From NCBI GenBank assembly GCA_038087875.1, contig CM075983.1, positions 24,614,001 to 24,678,000 on the forward strand: 64,000 bases of DNA. The letters run 5' to 3'. Positions 37,136 to 48,851 of this stretch are shown in pieces. The notes below the pieces were generated by a model, which saw only the letters and a list, made by a program, of their open reading frames with translations, was not told the origin of the DNA and ran no database searches. The translations under genes were made by a program, and so were the position numbers. This DNA comes from Malacoraja senta. Its lineage: Eukaryota. Within the stretch, counting starts at the first letter, position 1; the number at the start of each line of letters is the position of its first letter.

Positions 37136-38829
37136 TAACTCTCCTTTCAGACAAGCTTTACATACTTGGGCAGATGGGCCATTACCACACTCCTACAATA
37201 ATACTGCTGCTTCACTATCTGTGTCCTGATCACTTTGCCTGCTCATGTGGAGAGAGTTGTATGTACTTGTTCGACCCTCAGCTCAGATAATTATGCAGTA
37301 GCCATCAAACTATAGTTTATCATAACTACTTTGTTGGAGCTCTAATCTGTTAATCATGCTGTGTTTGGTATACATCACAAACAACTGGATTTTGTCTTCT
37401 GTAATTTGTCTTCCGTATAACTTGTACCACTTTTTTTTTTCAACGGTGTGAGGTATAGCAAGTACACATCCAAATCCACAGTAGGCAGAATTGGTATGGT
37501 GTCGTCATGCATGCTTATAATTTTCTTAATCAAAAAAAGGTGTTCTTAATTGCACCTAGCTTCTAGTGTGCAGTAGATACCATTTCAGCTTTTTTATGTC
37601 CACCGCCTTATTAAATGATTATACCGAGTATACAATATGCTATGATGCACTTTCTAGCCACCTGCTCTCAACATTATGTTACAAAATTTCAGACCATAAT
37701 TAATCTCTTTTTCACAGCTGTGTAGTTACTTAACTGGAACCCTTTCCCAGGAGCCAACAAGGAAATCTTTCAGACTGCAAGTCTTGGACTTCAATGTATG
37801 CATGGAAGGCCCTTGATACAAGGCCAAACACTAGTGACTTAATTCTGCTTGTGAATATAGTTAACAAGAAAATTCCTGTGTCTCTGGTGATTTTTACAAA
37901 TCTCCGAGTGTGGCTTGGAGACTTTCCAGGTTGTTAAAATGCATCTGCTAATTCAATCATGCCTGCTTTTTGTCCTTTCATAAATCTTCAAGATTGGTTG
38001 CACCACTTATGTTTGATTAAAATTCATTGCATTTGCACTTTCTGTTTCAATGGCGGGTCATGGACATGAAAAGTTAAATGGTAGAAATGCAGAGAAATAA
38101 ACAGGTAATGTTTTTTTTGTATGCATCAATGCAAATAACCTTGTTGTTAGATTGAAAGACACATAAGTTGAAATGTATATAGTTTCTGTATTTATTTGCA
38201 TCCTATTTTGAATCATTACCATGATTCTTTAAAAGATCACCACATTTCTAAGTATCGTCACTTTATTAAATTATATTATCTTTGTAATTTTCAATTATTC
38301 TAGTTCTCGAGCATGACCCTTGAAGTATAGCACATTAAGAATTGTAATAATTGCAACCAATAGCAGATGGTATTGTGCCTGCAGGTTGGTTGATATCCAA
38401 ATACAATATTTAAATTAAATAATAATTTGTTTTATTTCTGTGGTGCATTCATCTATATTTTTTTCAGTTTAATTTCATATGAGTTGGTTGTTAAACAAAA
38501 AGTATCAAACCTAAAGCATAGGAAGTCTGATCGGCCTGAAGTACAGTGAAATGTTGAGATGATTATAGGATTAAATAAAGTAGATATGGAGGGTATAAAT
38601 TCATTAACTTTGTGATAGGTTTCATAAAATCTAAAATCAGTCATTGTAATTCTCCAAAACAAGCCACTTTCATGATTTAATTAATCTTTAGGTTTCAGAA
38701 ACTCGGTTCAGTCTGAACATTTAGCTTGCATGGTTTGGGTTTTTAAAAAATGTTTTTTAAAATGAAGAGGCTTTACATTATCATTTCAGTGAGAGCATTC
38801 TTGAGAGATAAAATAGAAATTTGAGCATT

Positions 38830-38997
38830 TAAAAAAAAATACTAGAGGAACTTGGCGGGCGAGGCAGCCTCCGTGGAGGGGATAGATGGATGACTTTTTG
38901 GAGTAGTCTGAAGAAGGGTCCTAACCCAAAATGTAACTTGTCTATTCATTTTCCCTATGCTGCATTTCTCCAGCTCAAGATCTGCAGTCTCTTGTGT
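38830..38997. mobile_element. Degenerate Penelope-derived fold-back element
   Basis: Inverted arms around ctgaagaagggtcctaacccaaaatgta (38908-38935). Confidence 0.55.
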
Positions 38998-39547
38998 TAG
39001 CAAATCCGATTAATTACATTTTGCATGTTCCACTGTTCTAATTACCACCACCTATAGTTTTTGTCTCTTTTGGTTTTGATAATTTTATTCTATCTCCCCT
39101 TTGCTGTTTTCATTCATCTGTTTACAATTATCAGACAGATCAGCTGTGATCAGTTCTTTGCCTCCTTCTCTCACCACTTGTGTCATTCAGTCATTTTGGT
39201 CTTGACACAATCATAGATATTGCTTTTTACTCTACAAACCCTTCCCCTCTCTGCTATTAATTACATGCTTAAATTCTAATGACGAGTTATCAACCTGAAA
39301 TGTCAACTGTTTATCTATAGCATCCAGACCTGCTATATTTTCAAGCATTTTATATTTTTATTTTGTATTTCCAGCAGCTGCAGCATTTTACTTTAAAAAA
39401 AAAAAAAGGAAAAAGGGATCATATTTATACTGATAAAATATAAATTTAAGATTGTAGTGAAACTACTTTATTAAGAATTATCAACAAATGGAATTCCCAG
39501 TGTTGGTGAAAACTCAGTAATGACTTGTGAACCAATTAGATGTGCAG

Positions 39548-39922
39548 GAGGATGAGGGGGCATCTTATTAGAGGTGTACAAAATCATGAGAGGAATAGAT
39601 GCACAGTCTCTTGCCCAGAGTAGGGGAATCGAGGACCAGAGGACAGGTTCAAGATGAAGGGGAAAAGATTTAATAGGAATCCGAGGGGTAACTTTTTCTC
39701 ACAAAGGGTGGTGGGTGTATGGAACAAACTGCCAGAGGAGGTAGTTGAGGCTGGGACTATCCCTTCGTTTAAGAAACAGTTAGACAGGTCATGGATAAGA
39801 CAGGGTTGGAGGGATGTGGACCAAGCACAGGCAGGTGGGACTCGTGTAGCTGGGACATGTTGGCCGGTGTGGGCAAGTTGGGCCGAAGGGCGTGTTTTCA
39901 CATTATATCATTATGACTCTAT
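39548..39922 (+). mobile_element. CR1 3' end
   Basis: KGKRFNRN.RGNFFSQRVVGVWNKLPEEVVEA, 3' UTR and an atgactctatg tail. Confidence 0.85.
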
Positions 39923-40049
39923 GTTGCAGTGGGGATTGTACAATATATCTGAGTGGTCAGCCATATATATAATATTCTTGTGTACTGTTGGCATAACATC
40001 AAATTAGTTTGTTGGTAATCTTATGAAGCTCCTCAAACAATAGCTTATA

Positions 40050-41150
40050 CAAGACCAGGTGCGGACCCGTTGGGCCCGTCCCCCAAGGCAATATTCCACC
40101 ACTGACCCATAGCCCCCAACTGCGCAGGCGCGGCTGAGGGGTTCCCGTTGTGACGCCAGAGATCCCCGTTGTGACATGAGTTACGGCAACCCTCCCCAAC
40201 TGCGCAGGCGCGGCCGACAAGTGGGAGAGCGACTGCGACGGTTTTAAAGTTCAAAATGGCAATAACTTGTAAAAAATGAGATCAATGTGAACGCATTTCA
40301 CTCTCCCTCTTCAGGCCCCCTATTCCCCATCTCCATTATCCTCCCTCTCCCCACCCTCCACCAACCCTCCTCTGCTTCTTCCCCTCACCTCCTCCCCTCA
40401 CCCCCTCCCACTTCCCCCTCCGCTCCTCCATTACCTCGCCATCCCTCTTCCTACCCCTATCATCCTCCATTCCCCCTCATCCCCAGCACTCCCTCCCCCT
40501 CCTCTTCACCCTCCCTCTTTCCCCTCTCCTCCTCCCCTCCCCCACTCCTTCCCGCACTTCTCCCTCCCACTCCTTTCCCCTACCCTCAGTCACTCCCTCC
40601 CTCCCTCCATTACCCCTCTCCACTCCCTACCCCCCTCTCCCTCTACCCCCCTGCTCCCCCACTTCTCACCTCCCCCCTATCCCACCCCCACAATGTAAAT
40701 AGCGATGTTTTTTTAATATGAAATTCTCAATGAAAATCACGTTTTTCTTTTTCAAATCTTTTTAACCGAAACACAATGTTAATGTGTTTAAACAGCTGTT
40801 AATGAAAACGGATGAATTTGATTAAAACAGGGTTTTTTTTAATTGCGATTTTTAAAAAATGTAAATGAGATTCGGGATCCCATTGTGATGTCATTGTAAT
40901 GCGGCTGACGGGCATGGCAAGTGGAAAAGTGGTTTGAAAAGTGATTTTTGTAAAGTTTAAAATGTCAATAACTTGTCAAATATAACATCAATCTGAACTT
41001 GACTATTGCACACCCCAGGACAATGGTGAGTAAGGTGGGCCAAAAATTGTAGCGTTATCGTGTACCGTTTGGGCAAAGGTTCCAGGACTCATTCACACGC
41101 AAACAAATAAACAAACAAACATTCAAACAAACAAACAAGATGAGAGTTTT
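40050..41150 (-). mobile_element. Non-autonomous Helitron (extreme 5' terminus lost)
   Basis: Minus-strand 3' end has the hairpin gggcccaacgggtcc, then ...GTCTTG|T. The 5' region aaaactctcatcttg + (TTTG)n matches the copy at 47107-47955. Confidence 0.7.
40300..40690. repeat. Polypyrimidine/polypurine low-complexity tract inside the Helitron
   Basis: About 390 bp of C/T-rich sequence with many CCC runs. Confidence 0.9.
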
Positions 41151-41942
41151 TCCTTAAAACTGTATAACTGTACAATCTTAAATACATATTGTCCTGTATG
41201 CTTACACCAAACATAAGGTTTCCCAGAAATATAGAAAATAATACCCAAATATATTGACCTGGAAATGTACCACCACATTATTGTATAAATATGATTTGTA
41301 AAATATTTTGAAAAGCCTCAATGAGGAGCCCTCTGTTTGTTCAAAATTATTTTGAGTAATTTATTTTGGATGCACTACTTGGAAATTAAACACTTCCCAT
41401 TGCAGACAGCTGACAGTGTCAGTTCGATCTGCATCAAGCACTTCCCATGTCAAGAATAGTATGTCAAGCTAAAAACTGAATCTATTTCTACTCTCATAGT
41501 TTGTTTATGACACAATCTCAGAGGACAGATCTCTATTGTATCGATGTATTTCCTACATCAGTAGTTGTGAATTTCAAATGAGTTGATGGGTTCAATGTTG
41601 AAGCAGTAACTCAAGTCCATAAGGAACTAAATTACTGTGGGACAAGTTAATTTCATGTTTGCTCTCTTACGGCTAATTGTGCTAGAAATTATATCCACTT
41701 CATCAGAATTGAATTCAGCTGAAGGCCACAAAACTTAAATGATTGTTCACCCTGAGTTGCTCATACCAGGAGAGATGTACCCATGGGACTATTACTTTGA
41801 ATTGACAGTTTATTCCATTTGAGCTTTTTGAACCTTTTTGAAACCATTAATATGGAATTCAAAAACTTGTCATTTATAAGCATGAGACAAACATCTGCCG
41901 TGAACCAATGTAGAGCAGCGCACTTGCAATGAATTTAAGCAG

Positions 41943-42041
41943 CAGTCTGAAGAAGGGTCTCGACCCGAAACGTCACCCATTCCTTCTCTCCAGAGATGCT
42001 GCCTGTCCTGCTGAGTTACTCCAGCTTTTTGTGTCTACCTT
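41943..42041 (+). mobile_element. Solo Penelope pseudo-LTR fragment starting at the hammerhead
   Basis: Near-identical to 21002-21095; CAGTCT occurs at both ends (41943 and 42042). Confidence 0.8.
41947..41974 (+). ncRNA. Minimal hammerhead motif, best-preserved copy
   Basis: CUGAAGA-A-GGGUC[UC]GACCC-GAAA-CGUC, with a GUC cleavage triplet. Confidence 0.7.
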
Positions 42042-43194
42042 CAGTCTACTGTATTATACCCACCAACTAGTACTGAATTTCAGACAGTTATTCTACACAG
42101 CGGTGTTAAGGATACCCTTATCCCTCTTGGAGAGTGCCAAAAATAATTAATCTGTGTCACAATCTTTTCCCCAAATAGCAACCTATACAAGATGGCCATG
42201 TTAAATTCAGTTCTAGCAGGCACATATGGCCCCCAAACATTCCCTGCTTCGTGTATGTATTAAAAAATATTTTTTTTGGACTAAAATTGTGAATAATGTG
42301 ATAGTAGGAAACGTGGTACAGCAGTGTGTTATCGTGCTCTCAACCCGTAGCATTTGAGTGCTTGAATACTGGTTGTTCAGAAGTAGTAAACAACAGAGTA
42401 TTCCCACTTTCCTCGTGTTGGGTAGGAGGTCAGAATGTAAATGTACTCGGGTGCAGATTAGATGGGTAGGTGGAAATGGTCTTTTCCTTCACTGCAGTTA
42501 ATGTTTTATGAACCTTCTGGCAAGTAGTCTAAGACCTGTACTGACATTCTTTGAACTAGTTAGTGTATTATTTATAAATTCAGACAGGAAACTGATGTTT
42601 TCTCAAATCTGACTTGAAATGGCAGAAATTTTAAATATTATAGACCTGCCCTTTGCACCGAGGTTTTAATGCAGTTGTATTTGTTTTTATTTTAAAACAA
42701 TCCAACTACATGCATTATTCATTGGATGTAGAGAACATTATATGGTCTTCGCTCAATGTATCCATCATCATTACATTCATTAACAATATTTAGATGATGC
42801 CATTTTGCATAGTGCATTTGGAGTGGCTACATCACTCTGCTATCCCTCAGCAAGCTGTCCTGCATCTTGCAATGTGCACCTTGTCTTCGCTTGCAGACAA
42901 TTCCTTGCACAAGAAAACCAGGAAGTTTTAGGCAGATCTTCGAGCAAGTTGATGATCTTCCACCAACAATCATTGAGCCATAACAACACAGAATTAGGCC
43001 CGTTGGCCCAACTTGCCGACGCTGATCAAGATGTTCCATCTACACTAGACACACCTGCCCACGTTTAACCCATATCCCTCTAAACCTTTCTTATCCACGG
43101 AATAACACGGTGGTTCGGCAGTGACCACACCGACTCTCCAGTAAGATGAACTCACATGATTTATTCTATTTACAGTGGTAAAAGCCGTCAGTGC

Positions 43195-43396
43195 GCACCC
43201 GCTGAGTTTCTCCAGCATTTTTGTGTACCTTCGATTTTCCAGCATCTGCAGTTCCTTCTTTAACACTTTGTCTACTCCACTGCGAAATCTCCTCAAGGTA
43301 TGCCTACTTTGAAGAAGTTCTCCTCCTCTCTGCCTATTTCCTTCGCTCCATAGATGCTGCTGCACCCGCTGAGTTTCTCCAGCATTTTTGTGTACC
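43195..43396 (+). mobile_element. Tandem Penelope pseudo-LTR fragments
   Basis: gcacccgctgagtttctccagcatttttgtgtacc occurs twice; same subfamily as 18690-18790. Confidence 0.8.
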
Positions 43397-43809
43397 ACAC
43401 ATGCAATGACATTGGCGATCTCAGTCTTGTCCCAGCAGCTTAGTCCTGGTCTTCGAAGGAGGTGGCATGGCAACCTCAGGCTATTCCTGCAGTTCGTCCC
43501 TGCCTCGAGAGGAGTGGCTGATGGTACAGATTTCTTTGTGGCACCTCAGCTTTCTACAGGGAGAGGCAATGCTGGTGGTCCATGGAATATCCTGGCCACC
43601 AGCCTTTGCCTCTCTGTGTGTGAGCACAGTCCCTTGTTGTTTGGGGCAGGAAGAGATTCTGGCATCTCAGACTTTCCCCGGCCACAGTCTTAGCCAGGTA
43701 GAGGCGATGGTTGCCTTGGGTTTCTTTCCTGGCTGTGCTGTCTTGACCACATGGTGGCTTTGGTAGTCTTGGGTCTGTCCTAGTGTCTAATTCTTCCTCG
43801 TACCATGTA

Positions 43810-44330
43810 CTTTCCTCTACATCAAGCGTTGCCCTCTCCCTTCTACATATTGCCTGAGGAAATTTTCCTGAACACATTAACAAATTCCTCTTCTGTTCGC
43901 CAACACTTCTAATTCTCGTTAACTATTTGGGGGCCTAAGGTTCACTCCCAACAAGATGATCATCCCCTTTTTTTATTTCTCATCTCCACCCATACAGCCT
44001 CACGACCAAAACCTTCAGTTATGTAATCTCAGACTACTGTCATATTCTCCGTAATCAATCAAGCAACCCCATCTCCTATTTTACCCCCATCTCTCTCTTA
44101 TCTATAATCCCTGTACTCTGGGAACATTAAGCTGCCAGTCCTGTCCTTCTCTGAGCCAGGTTTCCGTAACGGCTCCAGCGACCCAGTTGCACGTCTATCT
44201 GCGCACTGAGTTCATCCGCCTTACCCGTCAGGCCTCTAGCATTAAAATAAATACTTTTCAATACAATAGTCCTTACTTGTCCCCACCCTGCTCCTGTCTT
44301 TCCTGTCCTCTGAACTTTCTTTCATCACCT
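43810..44330 (-). mobile_element. Decayed CR1 endonuclease region
   Basis: Minus strand reads NARGLTGKADEL, AVTETWLREGQDWQLNVP and QENFLRQYVE. Confidence 0.75.
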
Positions 44331-45129
44331 TCCATACTGACTTTCAGCTTCTCATTGCCTCCAGTCCTGCATTGGATCTCGCTCCAATCTATGAAGCTCA
44401 CTTTTTCTCGGGCGATTTTGAGGTCTTTGTTTGAAAACTTGGCAGTCTTATGTGCATCATAGTCACCTCAAAGGTAGCATACAATAGACTGAGAATCTAG
44501 TTGTGCATGAAGGATCTGACTGGGAGGGTTCATCTTTCCACCAGCTAAGCAAGATTTCTCTGCATGTTTAAGGGCTCTTGTAGTGAAGTGTCCTGTTGTC
44601 TCCTTCTCCCACAGGACCTTGAACATTCTGCAGAGATTGCCTGATTGACCTCTGGTTCCAGGTGGTTTAATTTACAGCTATTCAGCAAAGGATACACAAT
44701 CTTCTGCAGAGATGTTACCAGGCCCATCTATGAAACACTGGAGACAGGAAAAACTTTAGCACTTAATATAAGCGAGTTTGGTATTCCGAAAAACGCAAGG
44801 AATCATGGGATTTGTCAAAGGTCATCCATCAAAAAGATGAAGCAAACGAAGCGCTGGCTGGAGAAACTGTGTATAAATTCTTATCTATTCATAATTTATG
44901 TGTAAAAATATATTTAATCTGAGGAACGTGGGTGCCGTGTGGTCACATTATAGGAAAATTAATGTATTCCAGACTGGAACACAACGATGATAGTTTCTGA
45001 CTCGAATGCCACTATTCTGCTAATTTCAAGGCAATGGAACTCTTCAGCTTCATCTATGAATACAAATGAGCAATGAAATTCTCGATTCCAGAGAGACTCC
45101 CATAAATGGTCAATCCCAGCAAAGGAACA

Positions 45130-45459
45130 TGTAGCGGAGAGTGGGGTGTAACAGCGAGAGAGAGAGGGGGCAGATGCGAGTGGCAGGGGAGAGCGCGCAC
45201 ACAGACCCCGCGCCTCATCTGCAGCCAGGATCAAACCCGGGTCCCCGGCGCCGCAAGCGCTGCCGAATCGCCACAGTGTCCCATCCCCGCCTGGGGGCGG
45301 CCGGAGAAGTCCGGGGTGACCACGGACCGATGACACCAGCGGCCACAGGCCCACAGCCAGCGCGGAGAAGAAGCTCCAACTCCAGCTCAACTCCGCCTGC
45401 CCCCGCCGAGCCACCGCAGCACCGCCGATATCCCCGCCGATGACCGGCGCTCGGCAACA
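45130..45459. mobile_element. Unclassified GC/CpG-rich insertion of about 330 bp
   Basis: Sharp GC boundary. Readable either as TGT...ACA ends or as AACAT direct repeats. Contains SINE-head-like caggatcaaacccgggtc. Confidence 0.45.
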
Positions 45460-45479
45460 TTCCAACAGGTCTGAGCTGA

Positions 45480-46150
45480 TCCAGTCTCATAGGCCAAATA
45501 AAAACTTGGAAATTACTTCCAGGAATTCATAGAATTCTGGGGTCAGTGTTTGCTAACTGTCATCTACGACTTTCAGAAGTAGAACAAAATTCTGAGAGTC
45601 TGCAGTCTTTCAATTGGTAGGCTGGCACAAAATAATTTGTAGTTCCAGCTGTGAGGAAATTATATAACTGTCCATTTTCTCATGGCTGCTGATCACAGAG
45701 CTCCTACCATGAATCAGAAGAAGCATGAGCATATCCAATTCTGTTTTCAGAGTGGACTCTGGATCAGAAAGTGATCTTGGAGGACTCCAAGGCAAACTGC
45801 AAGGTTTGCTGATTCTTGAAGTTCTTTCTTGTGATCCATCCCCCATTGATTACAACAGGAGAAAATGCTATATGCTTTGTTGCAGTTGATACATGTTCCT
45901 CTGACTCTCACTTTCTTAATGTCCTTGAGGATTAACTTGGTGTTAACCTTGACTACTTCCCACCAACCAAAGTGAACAGTTTTGCAACTGTCTAACATGT
46001 GTAGCCCCTTTTCAAATTTCTCAATATTTTCTTGGGTTTGCAGTTTCACACTTATCACCTGCAGCCTTTAGTCTTTTGCATGGATCTTGTTAGTGGGCAG
46101 AGGCTCTGCCGGATGCTCTTTCTCATTGGATAGTTTTTGAACCTAGGAGC
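45480..46150 (-). mobile_element. Decayed Tx1/L1-clade LINE ORF2 fragment
   Basis: Mixed-frame remnants WWEVVKVNTK, LLLQSMG, KKELQE, SSKITF*SRV and SSVISS...SSQ resemble the Tx1 post-endonuclease region. Confidence 0.5.
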
Positions 46151-46562
46151 AAACTATTTTCTCTCTTTCTTGACCTTACTTTAATGTTCTGTTAAATCTG
46201 AGAATTTGCTTTCATCTAATTTGTTTATAATTTCCAAAAGCTTCATTTAGGCAGATATCGCATCAAAAGTACAAATTTGAACAATTAAGTGAACATTAAA
46301 TAAGTTTTTCCCTGGGTTTTGTTCCACTTAAACAATTCTCTGTGACTGTTGAGTGAAAATATGAATGTTTTTATTGAAAGATTTGAACTATACTTGTAAT
46401 AGAATTAAGGACAAAATACAAGTTTTGAGAAATCACTGCTATGTCCCCTGATAAAAAATCTTTCTACTTGTGTACACTTTTGATCAACTTGCTGCATTGT
46501 GTTCTTATAATTGTTATCAGGATGAACCAGTTTTAACAAACTTGAAATGAGCGATATTAGTA

Positions 46563-48140
46563 CATTAAACCCTTGTTATAATGGACCGCAGGGAAGGGAA
46601 TGGTGTCCTTTATTGTCGATTGTCCACTATATTCAAGTACCGTATTATTGTATGTAGTTGAAACAAAGACCTGTAGATGATGGTTAATACACAAAGGAAA
46701 CACAAAGTGCTGGAGTAACTCAGCGAGACACGCAGCATCTCTAGAGAACACGGATAGGTGACATCGAGACCCTTCTTCCGACTTGGGGGGGGGGGGGGGG
46801 GTTGGGAAAGAGGCCGATTGCTATGGAGTGACGGCGAACAGGAAGAAGCAGATGCTGGTGAGAGGGGAAGGAGCCCCACAGTGACCTAGCGCATCCAGAT
46901 AGTGGCGGCGGCCTGAACAAATTGCTATCCCCAAGGGCTACAATATGAGCTGCATCAACTGCACCATGCTGTGGGTTAGGAAGGGCTCGTTGGTGCAGCA
47001 TGTAAGCCGGGGGTGGCTTCAGTAGCCGGGGCTGTAAGCGGCCATGAAGGTGGTGCGAGCCGGGGTGGTATGGGCAGTTCCATCCACCATAACCAATTAT
47101 TATTTACTAGACCCGGGGGGACCCGTTGGATCCCGTCCCCTCAAAGCATGGTTGCGGGGGGGGGGGGGGGGGGCTGCGTTGTCCCACACACACTAACCAC
47201 CATCCCCCCCCACACACACACACACACTAACCACCCTCACCCCCCCCCCACACACACGCACACACTAACCACCCCCCTTGATATTATATTAATATTATTC
47301 ATTGGCTCCTTTTACCCCATCCCCACCCTATCTCGAGGGGCAGAGAGAGTGGGGCAGAGAAAGAGAGGGAGAGGGAGAGGGAGGAGGAGGGGGCGGAGAG
47401 GGGGGAGGGAGAGTGGAGGGGAGGGTGGGGGGAGGGGGAGAGGGAGAGGGCGGACTTGAACTCGGCAAATGGGCGGCGGGTCTTGGGACCTCGCGTGACC
47501 TCTGAAGCCCTCGTAAGCCCAACCAAATTACTGGTGTTCAGCGGCTTCAATCCGGAGCCCGGGGGGGGGGGGGGGCGGCTGGGCTGCGTGCGGGCCAGGG
47601 GAGGATGGGGCTAACCTAACTCACAGCGCATGCAAAAACAGTGGCCAGCAGGCTGCGTTGAAAACTGTGCGCAGCTGACCGCGAGGACCAGAGCCATTGT
47701 GACGTCAACAGCTCGTTAGCTTTAAAAAATATCTCAGATTTGTGAACAATTTTAATTAAAAAACTCAAGAAATAATGAATCAAATTTTCAGATGAGGCTT
47801 TTTTGAAATCATGAGGTAAATCTCTATCGGAATATGTAAAAGATTCACCGTTAGCGCGTCGTGTTTTCGAGGAGATGTGAATCACAAACAAACAAGACAC
47901 ACACACACAAATAAATACATCCACATCCAAGATCAGAGTTTTATAATAATAGAGATTAACTCGTTAAATCGTTGAAAACATTAGCGACGCAGTGGTGCTG
48001 GTTTCCGACAAGCAATGTGGCGGACGCATCACACATCTCTGTCCTCCATGCAGCTGGCAAGCTCCTCTTTGTCTCTTTTAAAGGACCCCATTATAACCAA
48101 AATCCGTTATAAAGGGGTCCTTTAAAATGAGGATTTACTG
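46563..48140. mobile_element. pogo/Tigger-like non-autonomous DNA transposon carrying nested insertions
   Basis: TA-flanked imperfect TIRs CATTAAACCCTTGTTATAATGGACC and, reverse-complemented, CAGTAAATCCTCATTTTAAAGGACC (19/25 match). Confidence 0.65.
47107..47955 (-). mobile_element. Complete non-autonomous Helitron, 849 bp
   Basis: Minus strand: A|TCTCTATTATTATAAAAC 5' end, TG/TTTG microsatellite, hairpin GGGATCC-AAC-GGGTCCC 11 nt from the end, CTAG|T 3' end; no TSD. Confidence 0.85.
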
Positions 48141-48627
48141 TATTTGTAAATCCTTTTTCAGACAAGAACAGGAATGAGTGAACAGATTAAATGCTGACAA
48201 CCCTTGGCAGGGAATGACTATCTGTGGTAGAGAGAGCATTAATGTTTTAGGTCACTGACATTACATCAAGAAATAAATCGGAGTTGTAAAACATTTGAAG
48301 AGGTGGGAAGAACCTAGTTGAAAAGAAATACCGGTAGATAAACATTTGAATGCGTGAAGGACAAGAGAGGTGAAGTAAAACATTTGGCAACGTGCTGTTT
48401 TATAAGAACTATGGTAGTGGACAATCAAGTTAATGTGTTTGCATCTTGAGAAGGGGTTAAATGGCATGCTTAGTGAAAGCAAATCATGCCATCAATATCA
48501 TGCACATGACATCTTGGACAACGTGTGCGCACAGGTAATTTAAACCCCCGCGCAGTGCTTACTTGCAGTCTCCCCAGTGACATAATTCAAATTAAGAAAC
48601 TGCAGAAGCCACTCACAGAAAATGAAC

Positions 48628-48851
48628 AGTGTAGGAAGGAACTGCAGTTGCTGGTTTAAACCAAAGATAGACACAAAATGCTGGAGTAACTCAGAGGGAC
48701 AGGCAGCATGTCTGGATAGAAGGAATATGTGACGTTTCGGGTCGAGACCCTTCTTCAGATTGAAGAAGGGTTTCAACCCAAAACGTCACCCATTCCTTCT
48801 ATGCAGAGATGCTGCCTGTCCCGCTGAGTTACTCCAGCATTTTGTGTATAT
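48628..48851. mobile_element. Penelope-derived fold-back mini-element with two head-to-head hammerhead motifs
   Basis: About 94-bp inverted arms centred on 48759; 16-bp TSD CTCACAGAAAATGAAC (48612-48627 / 48852-48867). Confidence 0.88.
48731..48758 (-). ncRNA. Minimal hammerhead motif (intact core)
   Basis: Minus strand CUGAAGAAGGGUCUCGACCCGAAACGUC. The opposite-strand partner at 48760-48787 has core mutations (UUGAAGA, AAAA). Confidence 0.65.

Noticed and set aside
40287-40721. 144-aa Pro/Ser-rich ORF, and the Gly/Arg-rich ORFs at 47013-47550
   Set aside because: Translations of low-complexity tracts inside Helitrons.
43400-43800. GC-elevated, repeat-like segment
   Set aside because: Probably an old transposon, but I could not assign a family or boundaries.
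44645-44905. 86-aa ORF after an AG acceptor-like site
   Set aside because: No recognisable protein, and it sits among decayed LINE fragments.
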